DNA from: Verrucomicrobiota bacterium
GTDB lineage: Bacteria; Verrucomicrobiota; Lentisphaeria; JABSQK01; JAJFLO01
DNA length: 64,000 nt
Reading direction: 5' to 3'
NCBI GenBank assembly: GCA_021772615.1
Contig: JAJFLQ010000134.1
Span: forward strand, 2,039 to 66,038
Shown: piece after piece, positions 8,659 through 18,783 of the stretch
Numbering within the stretch: position 1 is the first letter of the stretch
How the letters are laid out: each line of letters begins with the position of its first letter
Notes under the pieces: model-generated
What the model was told of the DNA's origin: nothing
The model's database searches: none
What the model saw: only the letters and a program-made list of their open reading frames with translations
Translations under genes and position numbers: made by a program

Positions 8659-11049
8659 TTATTTGCTCTCCATATCCCAGACGCCGTCCCAGCCATCTCC
8701 GGGAGGATTCGCAGCGAAGTAGTCACACCGGGTACGATATATGTTGGGAAGTCTATCGCCGGGATTCAACTCGCTGCAGGTATCGAAACAACGCCGGGCA
8801 TCGCCCCAACACCGTTTGAGATAGTATTCGCGTCCCTGTTCAAACGACGCGATGCTGTCAGATAGATTTGGAAACGTGGTTTCATCGTGAAAATCGAGCA
8901 CGTCATACACCAGTACCGGATGGTTCTTGCCTTTGACGCGAATATAATCCGCCGGCCGGCATTGGTACGACCGATTTAATTTCCGGAACGTAAATTCGCT
9001 GATCAATATGCTGCTGCTGTAAAACTTTGTGGCACTTTCAAGTCGCGCGGCAAGATTCACCCCGTCGCCGATCATGGTGTAGTCCATTCGTTTCATCGAT
9101 CCGATATTTCCAGCCAGTATTTCCGCCGTATTGATGCCGAGTCCAATATCCAGGGGATCCTTGCCAATGCGAACACGAGCGGCGTTATGCAGCCTCAATG
9201 CACGCATCATGTCTATGGCCGCGATTACGGATCTGTCAGCGTCGTCATCGGCGGGAAACGGAATGCCGAATGCCGCCATGATGGCGTCGCCGATGTATTT
9301 ATCCAGAATGCCCTTGTTCTCGAAAATAATATCGACCATGATCGTAAAGTAGTCGTTCAGCATCGACACGGTTTCCTGGGCGCCAAGGGCTTCGCTGATT
9401 GTTGTAAAACTTCGGATATCGGAAAACAGTACCGATGCCTCCTGAATCTTTCCCCCCAGAAAATCGTCCTGCGATTCCATAAGCTGCTCGGCAACTTCTT
9501 TGGTCATGTAACGCGCCAGTGTTCCCATCAATCGCTTTTCCATCGTGATGTCTTCCAGGATGAGAAGGAGTCCCAGGCGCTCGTTCTTGACCGTCGTCAA
9601 CGGGACGACTGTCAGATTCACCTGAACCGAGTTTTTGGAATCGATGATCAGGGGAACATCCGCATTGTAGTCAGGCAGCCCGCCGGCCGCGACCCGGTTG
9701 ATGCTGTCCAGAATCCAGGAATTGCGGTTCTGAAAACAGTCGGCGGCCGTACGGCCGATTAGCTCATTCTCCGGTTGCCGAAAAAAAATCAGGGCAGCTT
9801 CGTTGCACTTGGTGATCCGATGGTCTACGTCCAGTGAAACGACGCCGTTACTGAGGCTTTTGAGAATGCTTTCGTCGTAATTCTTCAGATTGAGCACCTC
9901 TTCGAACAGCTTTTCCTTCTCTTCCAGTAAGACGACGTTGCACACCGCCACCGCAGCCTGCGAGGCCAAAGATTTAACCAGACTTTCATCGGCTGGGGAG
10001 AAGGATGTCACGGCGCCCGAGTCCGGGTCCATCGCATTCATCAACTGAATGACGCCAACGGTGATGTTGGCGTCGTTCTTCATCGGCACAACCAGCATCG
10101 ATTGGGATCGATAACCATGTAGTTCGTCGAACTTCTTGGGCCCGGTAAAGTCGAACAGCGCGGAGTGATAGACGTCGGCGATGTTGACGCAGTCGCCTTT
10201 GATAGCCACGTAGGCAGAAACGTTGGTTTCCGCAAGCTCGACGGGAGCGAATGTGATTGCATCACCGGACTCCCCGCCCATGTGGATGTCGAGGCTGTCG
10301 TTCTGGATGATCACGAATTCGAGAGCCTGATCTTTCAGCAAATACAAGGTGCCGGCATCGGCGTTGGTGATGTTGCGGGCATTGGAAAGGATTAATTCCA
10401 GAAGCTTTCCGAAATTGGATTCTGCCGACAGGGCGGTACCGATATGAGTCATCTTGTCGACGACGCTTTCAAGTCGCGCATTTACCTGTACGATTTCACG
10501 GGTACGTTCAGTTACCTTGGCTTCCAGCGACTCATTGAGTTTGAACACCGCCGAAACCAGATCGTAAGACCTCAGGGACGCAACGACCGCCGTAAAGAGT
10601 TTCTGTTTGGTCAGCTCGGTCTTGGACTTATAATCATTGATGTCATAGTCAATGATGATGCTTTCCTCGGGGGCGATGCCGGGCTGCCCGGTTCGTAGGA
10701 TGATTCGCACCTGATCGTTACGCAAGATCTCACGGACATGCCGAATCACGTCCAAGCCGGAATGGTCGTGTTCCATGACGACGTCCAGCAGCATCAGGGC
10801 AATATCGGGATTCGCTTCGACCACGGCTTTCGCTTCGGCGCCCGAGTAGGCGTCGAGGAACTGCAATCGCCGATCGAGGTATTCGAATTTGCGCAAAGCC
10901 AGGTGGGTAACGTTGTGAACCTCCGGTTCATCGTCTACGATCAACACTTTCCACGGAATCGTGGACACGTCCTGGACGTTGGTGTCTTCATCCTGGAAAA
11001 AAATATCTTCGTCTTCGCCCACATCAGTAACGGAATTCACGACATCCAC
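8659..11049 (-). CDS. class III adenylate/guanylate cyclase with REC, GAF and PAS domains
   Basis: REC, GAF and PAS, then FSDIRSFT, DKYIGDAIMA, YTMIGDGVNLAARLES, and a TPR-like tail ending WDGVW. Confidence 0.93.
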   Translation of the reverse strand: MDVVNSVTDVGEDEDIFFQDEDTNVQDVSTIPWKVLIVDDEPEVHNVTHLALRKFEYLDRRLQFLDAYSGAEAKAVVEANPDIALMLLDVVMEHDHSGLDVIRHVREILRNDQVRIILRTGQPGIAPEESIIIDYDINDYKSKTELTKQKLFTAVVASLRSYDLVSAVFKLNESLEAKVTERTREIVQVNARLESVVDKMTHIGTALSAESNFGKLLELILSNARNITNADAGTLYLLKDQALEFVIIQNDSLDIHMGGESGDAITFAPVELAETNVSAYVAIKGDCVNIADVYHSALFDFTGPKKFDELHGYRSQSMLVVPMKNDANITVGVIQLMNAMDPDSGAVTSFSPADESLVKSLASQAAVAVCNVVLLEEKEKLFEEVLNLKNYDESILKSLSNGVVSLDVDHRITKCNEAALIFFRQPENELIGRTAADCFQNRNSWILDSINRVAAGGLPDYNADVPLIIDSKNSVQVNLTVVPLTTVKNERLGLLLILEDITMEKRLMGTLARYMTKEVAEQLMESQDDFLGGKIQEASVLFSDIRSFTTISEALGAQETVSMLNDYFTIMVDIIFENKGILDKYIGDAIMAAFGIPFPADDDADRSVIAAIDMMRALRLHNAARVRIGKDPLDIGLGINTAEILAGNIGSMKRMDYTMIGDGVNLAARLESATKFYSSSILISEFTFRKLNRSYQCRPADYIRVKGKNHPVLVYDVLDFHDETTFPNLSDSIASFEQGREYYLKRCWGDARRCFDTCSELNPGDRLPNIYRTRCDYFAANPPGDGWDGVWDMESK

Positions 11050-11194
11050 TCCCGGAAAACAGCTCCAACCTACGGAAAAGCACTAACCCAAACAATACCC
11101 AGTAAACCTACGTTTACCAAACATTGATCGGCGAATCGGGCTATTTGAGATCGTCTTCAACCGGCAAGCGAAATCCGGGTAGGCGTTCGTTGCA

Positions 11195-11875
11195 CTACGT
11201 CGCGGACAACAGCCCGTCTTCGAGCTGTAACGTACGATTGGCATATTGCGTGAGTGCAGGCTGATGCGTCACCATCAGGATCGTCTTACCCGCGGTATCC
11301 CTAAGGCCTGCCAGAATGCGCATGATATCCTCGCCGCTGCGTTGATCGAGGTTGCCGGTGGGCTCGTCTGCGAGGATGAGATCGGGGTCGTTGACGAGGG
11401 CGCGCGCAATCGCGACACGCTGTTGTTCGCCGCCTGACAATTCGTGGGGATGGTGGTGGAGCCGATGATCCATCCCCAGCTTGGTAAGTAAATCGAGTGC
11501 ATGCCGACGGAGATCCGCCATGCGACTCTTGTTCAGTCGTCCCGGCAGCATGACATTTTCGATGACATCGAGGTCCGGCAGCAGCAGATACGACTGAAAC
11601 ACAAAGCCTATACGGCGGCGGCGCAGCCGGGCGCGGGCAAGACCTCGCATGCCCGACACATTCTCGCCAAAGCAGGAAATGTTGCCGGAGCTGGGTTCGT
11701 CCAACGTTCCGGCGAGCCGCAGCAATGTCGTCTTGCCGCAACCGGACTTACCCGTGAGCATCACCCAGGAACCGGGCTCGACTATAAGATCCACGCCGCG
11801 CAGCACATGAATCGTCTGGGCCTTGTGCTGGTATGATTTTCGTAGCGCCTGAATATGTAATGCCGGCAGGGTCAT
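11195..11875 (-). CDS. lolD: lipoprotein-releasing ABC transporter ATP-binding protein
   Basis: [34 protein letters not shown]; follows a lolC/E gene. Confidence 0.88.
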   Translation of the reverse strand: MTLPALHIQALRKSYQHKAQTIHVLRGVDLIVEPGSWVMLTGKSGCGKTTLLRLAGTLDEPSSGNISCFGENVSGMRGLARARLRRRRIGFVFQSYLLLPDLDVIENVMLPGRLNKSRMADLRRHALDLLTKLGMDHRLHHHPHELSGGEQQRVAIARALVNDPDLILADEPTGNLDQRSGEDIMRILAGLRDTAGKTILMVTHQPALTQYANRTLQLEDGLLSAT

Positions 11876-11883
11876 TTATGTAC

Positions 11884-13161
11884 CTATACTTCGTTATGCA
11901 GCGCCCGCGCAGGTGTAAGCGATGCCGCGTAGATAGCCGGCATGAGTGCACCAAGAACGCAGATGATCATCGCGCTTCCAGTAATGATCAGCACGTCGGA
12001 GGTTTGTACCAGGGCAGGTATCTGGCTGAGATGGTAGAGGTCTTTGGGAAATATTTCAGTACCTGTGACAGTCGCCAGAATGCCGGCTATTGCATTGCGC
12101 CGGTCCACAACAGCGAGACCCAGGGCGACTCCCAGGATGGTCCCCGTCACACCGACGACTGAACCTTTTAGCACAAAAATACCCATAATCGTGAATGGCG
12201 TGGCGCCAAGCGCCTTGAGTATGCCGATCTCTCGTGTCTTCTGTATGACGACGGTGATCAACGTCGCCGCTATGCCAAACGCAGCGACGATCATAATAAA
12301 GATCAGGAGAAAAAACATCAGGTTCTTTTCCACCTGCAGTGCACCGAACAGGCGTTTGTTCGAATGCTGCCATGTTACCGGAAACAACGCCTTGAGATCA
12401 GGGTGTTCACGGATCTTGGCGACCGCGGGATCGAGGTCGAAAGGGTCATCGGCGCAGACCTGGATACTGGTTGCAACACCCCACTCTAGCCCGAATAATT
12501 CATCCGCCTTGTCGAGGTGAAGCACGATAATTTCCGAGTCGTATTCAAACATTCCGAGCGAGAACACTCCGGCAACTGTGACCTCTTCGGGCACGTAAAC
12601 CTCGCTTGAGGACGATTCCACCATGGCGCCGTCCTCGCCGAATTGCACCATTCGGTTCAGTTTCTCGGGTGAGTGAATCAGGAACCGATCGCCAATGTCG
12701 AGGCCGCATTGGAAGGCCAGTTCTTTACCGATCAGGACCTCGTCTTCTGCAATGTCAAATGTGCCGCCGACCATACTGCGGTGAATATCTGTAACATGCT
12801 TCTCAAGGTCGGGTACGATCCCTTTCACGTACTTGGCAAGAATCCGTTGCGACGTCTGGATAAGCACTGGCCCGTCTACGACCGGTGCGGCGCGCACGCC
12901 GATATCGTTCAGTGCGGTCAGTGCAGCGTCTGTATCTGCGATCGGCCGGCCCATGTGCGGACGCAACTGGATGTGTGCCTGCATGCCGAGTATTTTTTCG
13001 CGTATGTCACGATTAAAACCGGCCATGACGGCGAGGACAATAATCAAAACTGCCACACCCAGAATCGGGCCAAGAACAGACAGGAACGTAATTACAGAGA
13101 GCAGCGACCGTTTCGGTTTCAGATACCGTAGCGCCAGAAACGCGCTTGCATTGCGCATCAT
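11884..13161 (-). CDS. lolE: lipoprotein-releasing ABC transporter permease LolC/E
   Basis: FLALRYL, GVAVLIIVLAVMAGF, KTREIGILKALGA, FtsX/MacB topology. Confidence 0.88.
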   Translation of the reverse strand: MMRNASAFLALRYLKPKRSLLSVITFLSVLGPILGVAVLIIVLAVMAGFNRDIREKILGMQAHIQLRPHMGRPIADTDAALTALNDIGVRAAPVVDGPVLIQTSQRILAKYVKGIVPDLEKHVTDIHRSMVGGTFDIAEDEVLIGKELAFQCGLDIGDRFLIHSPEKLNRMVQFGEDGAMVESSSSEVYVPEEVTVAGVFSLGMFEYDSEIIVLHLDKADELFGLEWGVATSIQVCADDPFDLDPAVAKIREHPDLKALFPVTWQHSNKRLFGALQVEKNLMFFLLIFIMIVAAFGIAATLITVVIQKTREIGILKALGATPFTIMGIFVLKGSVVGVTGTILGVALGLAVVDRRNAIAGILATVTGTEIFPKDLYHLSQIPALVQTSDVLIITGSAMIICVLGALMPAIYAASLTPARALHNEV

Positions 13162-13163
13162 GG

Positions 13164-14531
13164 TCAGGTCCGCAGTTGTCGGGAGAGCTGCCCGACCGCA
13201 TGCCGGAAGGTCTCGTCGACCTGCATTTTCTTCTCTATTTTGCCTACCGCGTGCAGGATCGTCGCATGGTTGCGATTGAACGCGTCGCCGATTGCAGGGA
13301 AGGAAAAATTGGTGAGATTACGCGACAGGTACATAGCGACCATACGCGGCATGGCGATATTCTGCGGCCGCTTCTTCGATGTCATATCAGCGACTCTGAT
13401 GTCATAATACTCCGCCACACGTCGCTGAATGGCCTCGATCGAGAGGAGTTTGCTGGATTCGCTTTCGAATTTATCCACAAGCAGTTCCTCTGCGCGATCA
13501 ATGGTCATCGTTGAACCGAATGCGGAAATATTCATGATCAGCTTGGTAAGGGCGCTCTCGAGATTGCGGATGTTTGAGCGAATACGCTTTGCGATGAGAA
13601 ACAGGATATCGTCGCTGAACTTGATACTTTGCTTTTCCTGCTTCTTCTTCAATATCGCGACCCGTGTCTCAAGATCCGGCGGAAGGATCTCTGCCGACAA
13701 TCCCCACTCGAAGCGGGATACCAGACGTTGCTCCAGGCCGCTCATGTCCTGTGGATTCCGATCGGACGCGACCACGATCTGTTTGTGCGTGTTGTGCATT
13801 GTGTTGAACGTGTGAAAAAATTCCTCTGACGAACCGACCTTTCCTTCGAAAAACTGCACGTCGTCAATGATCAACACATCCAGGCTGCGAAGCCGCCGCC
13901 GAAAAGCCGGAAGCGATTTCTTCTGCATCGCCTCTACGTAAAGATTTACGAACTCTTCACTGGTGAGGTATCTGATACGCGCACACTTGCTTCGACGGAT
14001 GACATCATTGGCGATCGCCTGCAGCAGGTGTGTCTTGCCGAGACCGACGCCACCGTAAACAAATAGCGGATTGTAGGCCTTCCCGGGATCCTTGCTTACG
14101 GCGATCGCAGCGGCGTGGCAGATGCGATTGTTGTTGCCAATGACAAAGGTATCGAAGGAAAAGTCCGGCCGGTATGTAAAAATGGCATCTTCATCGGCAC
14201 TGCGCGGCTTGCGACGGTCTGGTTGGGGCTGCGTCTCGATAGTCGGAGCCACGGCTGATGAAATATCCGCTGCAGCGCGCGTGTGGCCGGATTCGAAAAG
14301 GACTGTGATGCTGGTGCCGAGCACCGCAGACAATACCTCGGCAATGATCGTCTTGTAGTTTGAGTCCAGCCACAACGCCACGAAATCATTTAGAACACCA
14401 AGCGTGAACGCATCGCTTTCCATGTCGAGTGACAGCGGTACGACACCGACCAGATATCGGTTATACGTGTCGGCATCCAGCTTTGCGATAAGCTCCGTCT
14501 GGACCGACGCCCATACCGTTTCACAATTCAT
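13164..14531 (-). CDS. dnaA: chromosomal replication initiator DnaA
   Basis: YNPLFVYGGVGLGKTHLL, IDDVQF, RLVSRFEWGL, domain IV; ATG at 14531 with GGAGA RBS. Confidence 0.97.
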   Translation of the reverse strand: MNCETVWASVQTELIAKLDADTYNRYLVGVVPLSLDMESDAFTLGVLNDFVALWLDSNYKTIIAEVLSAVLGTSITVLFESGHTRAAADISSAVAPTIETQPQPDRRKPRSADEDAIFTYRPDFSFDTFVIGNNNRICHAAAIAVSKDPGKAYNPLFVYGGVGLGKTHLLQAIANDVIRRSKCARIRYLTSEEFVNLYVEAMQKKSLPAFRRRLRSLDVLIIDDVQFFEGKVGSSEEFFHTFNTMHNTHKQIVVASDRNPQDMSGLEQRLVSRFEWGLSAEILPPDLETRVAILKKKQEKQSIKFSDDILFLIAKRIRSNIRNLESALTKLIMNISAFGSTMTIDRAEELLVDKFESESSKLLSIEAIQRRVAEYYDIRVADMTSKKRPQNIAMPRMVAMYLSRNLTNFSFPAIGDAFNRNHATILHAVGKIEKKMQVDETFRHAVGQLSRQLRT

Positions 14532-14566
14532 ATTTCTATCTCCATACACCCATGGCACTTAGGTAG

Positions 14567-14597
14567 TAACTAACATACTATTAACAAGTTATTAACA
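14567..14597. promoter_or_regulatory. three DnaA-box-like 9-mers (TAACTAACA, CTATTAACA, TTATTAACA) at 11-bp period upstream of dnaA, next to an AT-rich tract
   Basis: Seen at 14567, 14578 and 14589; AT-rich tract at about 14630-14760. Confidence 0.55.
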
Positions 14598-15089
14598 GGG
14601 GTACCTTCTTGTTCTCCTGATTCAGCTGCGCCAATCTAACAAAGTATAAAAAGCATATCAAGCCAAAAAATATTAATAAAACATTCATATTTCGCGCCGC
14701 ATTTTATAACTCATTCGGGTGAGATTATATAGCCATTTTTCCAAGCCGAATTTTTATCACCGTAGCGCGATCAATGGACCGCGTGCGGGCTCGGAACATG
14801 TACCGCAAAACGGAATCGCGGCAGGATCCCGACGGATCTGTTCGGCTGTTTCCTGGGCCCCTTGACGTGCCGGCATATCCCGCCTCATCGCAACGCATTA
14901 TGTGGCATCCTGTCGGCGTGGCAGGCACGCGCTCGCAACAGAGCGTCAGGCGATCTCTTCAATCGCAGAACGTCGATAACCCATTGCACTGCGGTATGCT
15001 AGGAAGCCCCGCGACAAGGTCGCGCGGAGAGTTCGGGCGAAGGCGTTGTCGGCGCGGAAAAACGACGGGCGCAGGTGAATGCCGGAGCG

Positions 15090-16034
15090 TTATTTCGCGA
15101 GAAAAGCACCGGCCTTGTTCGCAGACCAGGTGTCGAGATCCCAGAAGTCGACGATATTGCCATCCGACAACGCGTAAATTCGAGGCGGCGCGTTTCCGAT
15201 ATAGTCAAAAAAATGCATTTCGTCGGGGATGATGTAAGGGAAGTTGGTGTTGGTTTCGAGAAAGAAATCTGCAACAAGGGCTTCGTCGCCATAGAATACG
15301 AAATAGATATTGGCCGAAGCTCGTTCGGCGAGTATCCCGAGTTCTCCAGCCACTTCTTTGCAGTGATCGCATTCCAAACTCAGAAAGGCGGCGAGACATC
15401 GCCCGTTTGTGAAGGTGATGTCGGAGCCGACCGGTACACTTGCATTGAAGATCGCAAATCGGCTCTTATTTGCGACAAGCCGCGGTGCGTCGGCATCAGA
15501 TGCGGCAGGCGACACGTCCTTCTGCCCGATCACACGGACGGGGTAAGCGATACAAATCGCCGTGATAATGAGTGCTAGCATCCCACCGGGAACCCACCAT
15601 CGCCCGGGCGGATCTGCCTTCGAAAAACGATAGGCCAAAGCGATCATGCCGAGAATCACGAGGTTCTTTACGATGGACTCGACGGGCGTCATTTGTATCA
15701 GATCCCCGAAACACCCGCAATCCGTATTATCCGTAAACAGAGCCAGGTAGCCGAGGTAACCGGTAAAAAAGATGGTAATGCTGAATGTCGACGGCAGAAA
15801 GATCCGGCGGGAATACCACGGCAGCAGCAAGCACAGCCCGAGCCACAACTCAATGATAACCAGGGCCCGTGCGCCGTATGCAGCAACCATTCGGTTTTCG
15901 ACCAGTTTCTGCTGAATGATAGTGATTTCGAATTGACCGAGCGATGCCAATTTTGATACCGCCGAGAAAATGAATATGAGGGCGACTAAGACCTTGAATG
16001 CCCACGCGCATCTGGACTTGTTGGAAGCTGACAT
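15090..16034 (-). CDS. DoxX/MauE-family membrane protein with C-terminal thioredoxin-like domain
   Basis: TM helices, DCGCFG motif, later CDHC. Confidence 0.8.
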   Translation of the reverse strand: MSASNKSRCAWAFKVLVALIFIFSAVSKLASLGQFEITIIQQKLVENRMVAAYGARALVIIELWLGLCLLLPWYSRRIFLPSTFSITIFFTGYLGYLALFTDNTDCGCFGDLIQMTPVESIVKNLVILGMIALAYRFSKADPPGRWWVPGGMLALIITAICIAYPVRVIGQKDVSPAASDADAPRLVANKSRFAIFNASVPVGSDITFTNGRCLAAFLSLECDHCKEVAGELGILAERASANIYFVFYGDEALVADFFLETNTNFPYIIPDEMHFFDYIGNAPPRIYALSDGNIVDFWDLDTWSANKAGAFLAK

Positions 16035-16356
16035 GTGTTATACTCGAAAATTGTGTGGATGGACAATTAACATTGAAAACTGATTCATGAGACACCGGCC
16101 GTTTTCAGGAGTGGCGGATACAGACGTATTTTTCTGCTAAAAAAAAATTACACGGGGAACAATTCGGTTGTTGTTATTTCCGGAATCCGCGCTAGTGTGT
16201 GATTTACCAGTTGGTTACGTGGTAAAAAGCTTACTCTTCCAACAACATGAATATGGACATCGCCGAAGACGGCGAGACGTGAAAAACACCCCTTGATGTC
16301 GCGGCATACACTTGTCCCCGACTCCTGGAATACATTCGAACGATGGAGATTTTTTG

Positions 16357-17265
16357 ATGTCGGGACCCAAGAAAACCGTGCAGGCGCCACTCGCCGCCTC
16401 AAAGACAGTGACGCTGGAGGCGACGGTGATCGAACACCTTAATAAATTTCGGCCTCATTACAAGCAGGCCGGCATCGGAATCGCATGTGTCGCGGCGTTG
16501 GGAATATGCCTGGCGCTGGTAGCGGCCGGAAAGCGCAACAAGATTGCTGACGCCTATGCGCTGCTGCGTGAAGCCACGTCGCTGGACCTGATGGCAACGG
16601 ACCTCAGTGCCGAACAGCGGACGACGCGGGAGGCAGAAAAGCGCGAGAAACTCGATACGGTGATAAGTGACTATGCATCGACGCCTGCAGCGGTTGACGC
16701 TAAATTTCAATTGGCAAAGCTGGCGTTCGATGCTGGAGCATACAGTCAGGCAGCCGAGGCGTTCAAGTCCTTTTATACCGAGTATCCCGACACACCACCT
16801 TTAACGACGATGGCGTATTTCGGCGAGGCCAACAGCTTCATGAGTCAGAACGATTTTACGGGCGCTATCAGTAAATTTCAGGCGCTCGCCGCCAATGAAA
16901 AGCTGCAGAAGCGCGATCCGCAAGCGGTCCAGCAGGCCAAATACCAGATCGCGCTTGCGGGTTTCGTGAGCGGCAATTACGATCAAGCAAAATCTGTGCT
17001 TACAGAGATTCTACCTTCGACTACCAACGAGCAGTTGACCGAAAAAGTACAGTCGCTCCTTGGAAAGTTAAAAATCATCCCGCCGGAGGATGTGAAGTTG
17101 GCACTGAACAAGGCGACATCACGTAGTGCTCAGGGCATAACGGTTGGGTCCGCAGTCCCAGCCGCCGCCCCGGCCCCGGTATCCACCACCGAACCGAAGA
17201 GCGAAGGCAGTGCTTCGGGAGAAACGGAAGGCAGCGGCACTGCCGAGGGCAGCACGACGAAGTGA
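16357..17265 (+). CDS. TPR protein with N-terminal TM helix (YfgM-like)
   Basis: GGAGA RBS, TM helix, TPR-like helices, low-complexity tail. Confidence 0.7.
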   Translation: MSGPKKTVQAPLAASKTVTLEATVIEHLNKFRPHYKQAGIGIACVAALGICLALVAAGKRNKIADAYALLREATSLDLMATDLSAEQRTTREAEKREKLDTVISDYASTPAAVDAKFQLAKLAFDAGAYSQAAEAFKSFYTEYPDTPPLTTMAYFGEANSFMSQNDFTGAISKFQALAANEKLQKRDPQAVQQAKYQIALAGFVSGNYDQAKSVLTEILPSTTNEQLTEKVQSLLGKLKIIPPEDVKLALNKATSRSAQGITVGSAVPAAAPAPVSTTEPKSEGSASGETEGSGTAEGSTTK

Positions 17266-17417
17266 CCACTGCTGCGAGGTTGATTCAATCCCACCTTTGG
17301 TCTTGATTATCCGATCCCAAGCTCATCGTTACCCGCACGTACTTCGCAGGGCATAGCGGTGATTACTCTGAGTTCCGAACCTGCCTGCCGACGTTCGTTT
17401 CGACGCCGAACCGGACC

Positions 17418-18770
17418 TCAAAGGCCTGCCGCAGCCGGCACGGTTGGCGGCGATGCATATGGCAACGGGGCAACCGTATCCACGGGCCCCCAACGGCGCG
17501 TGAACGGCCAGTACACAAAGACAGCGCGTCCAATGATGTTGCGGCGTGGCACGACTCCCCAGTAACGGCTATCCTGACTGTTCTCGCTATTGTCGCCGAG
17601 CAGAAAATATTCATCCTCGTCGAGCGTGAACGTATCCCCTTCCTCACATAGAAATTGACAACTTTCATGTTGCGGATTGCTGTAGCCGCGGTAGCCGCCG
17701 TGGAAACTATAAATGCGATCAAACGCCTTGTGAAATCCCGCGTCGACGAGAGCGAATTGCTGCTCGCCCGGTCGTTTCACATACAACCTGCGCCCGGCGA
17801 TGCGCAGCTCATCCTTTGGTAGTCCGACGAGGCGCTTGATGTAAAATCGACCGCGCAACGCCTGCCCGTTCTTGTCTCGGATACCGTCGGTCGTGAATAC
17901 GGTAACATCGCCGCGTTTTGGCTCGACGAAATTCAGCGATACCCGGTCGACAAACAAGTGGTCGCCCAATTCGAGGTAGCCCCGCGCCAATGTCTCTCCA
18001 CGGCGGAAGAAATTCGATCCGTGCTGCCGCGAGTTGATACCGGTATAATCCAGAACCTTGCCCGGTTCTCCCGGCAACTTGTACTCCGTGTCGCCTATTT
18101 TCAGTTTGGTGTAAGGAAAGAAAAAGAAGGGATTGTGTCGCGACAGCGACGTTACGGCACCGTCCTGTTCTATCTCCGCATCAACGTAACGCCACGAGTG
18201 ATTTACATAGCGGTGCAGCCGTTGCAGCGGGTTGATATACGCCGCGGCATCATCATGCTCAAAATTTATACCGTTCAGCGTCGGCTGCATGCTCCCGGTA
18301 GGAATCTTGAATGGTTGAAGAAACAACGCACGAGCGCCCATCACTACGCCAAATACGACGATCAACAGTTCAAGCCACTCTTTTACAAAGCCAAGATTAC
18401 CCGGAACCGACGTCTTATGCAGGGCCTTTACATCCTCATTGAGGTCATGGATTTCCTTGTCCACTTCTTCGAGGTCGTTGCGGTCGCGCACGCCGACAAG
18501 CAGCGCGGAAATCTGCTCCTGCATCGTCTCGACTCGCGCGACCTGCTTCGGGGTGAGAATATCACGATCCCAACAACGGCGATGTTCAATCTGTCGCCGA
18601 AGTATCTTCAATTCCTTGATCCGCTTGCCGGGACGCATATAGAAACGTTCGACGAGTCCGAAGCTGGGCAGGCGCAACGTGAGCCACAGAGATTCCAGTA
18701 TCTCAAGCGACAGCCGGACGACAAAGACGATAAGGAAAAGATCAAACAATACGATCGCAAATTGTGTCAT
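17418..18770 (-). CDS. lepB: signal peptidase I with N-terminal extension
   Basis: QPFKIPTGSMQPTL, YIKRLVGLP, LGDNSENSQDSRYWG; directly downstream of lepA. Confidence 0.93.
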   Translation of the reverse strand: MTQFAIVLFDLFLIVFVVRLSLEILESLWLTLRLPSFGLVERFYMRPGKRIKELKILRRQIEHRRCWDRDILTPKQVARVETMQEQISALLVGVRDRNDLEEVDKEIHDLNEDVKALHKTSVPGNLGFVKEWLELLIVVFGVVMGARALFLQPFKIPTGSMQPTLNGINFEHDDAAAYINPLQRLHRYVNHSWRYVDAEIEQDGAVTSLSRHNPFFFFPYTKLKIGDTEYKLPGEPGKVLDYTGINSRQHGSNFFRRGETLARGYLELGDHLFVDRVSLNFVEPKRGDVTVFTTDGIRDKNGQALRGRFYIKRLVGLPKDELRIAGRRLYVKRPGEQQFALVDAGFHKAFDRIYSFHGGYRGYSNPQHESCQFLCEEGDTFTLDEDEYFLLGDNSENSQDSRYWGVVPRRNIIGRAVFVYWPFTRRWGPVDTVAPLPYASPPTVPAAAGL

Positions 18771-18783
18771 ACGGTACGTCCGT

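Noticed and set aside
14760..15090. ncRNA or small ORF between dnaA and the DoxX gene
   Set aside because: No recognisable RNA family motif or credible coding signal by eye; an Rfam scan would be needed.
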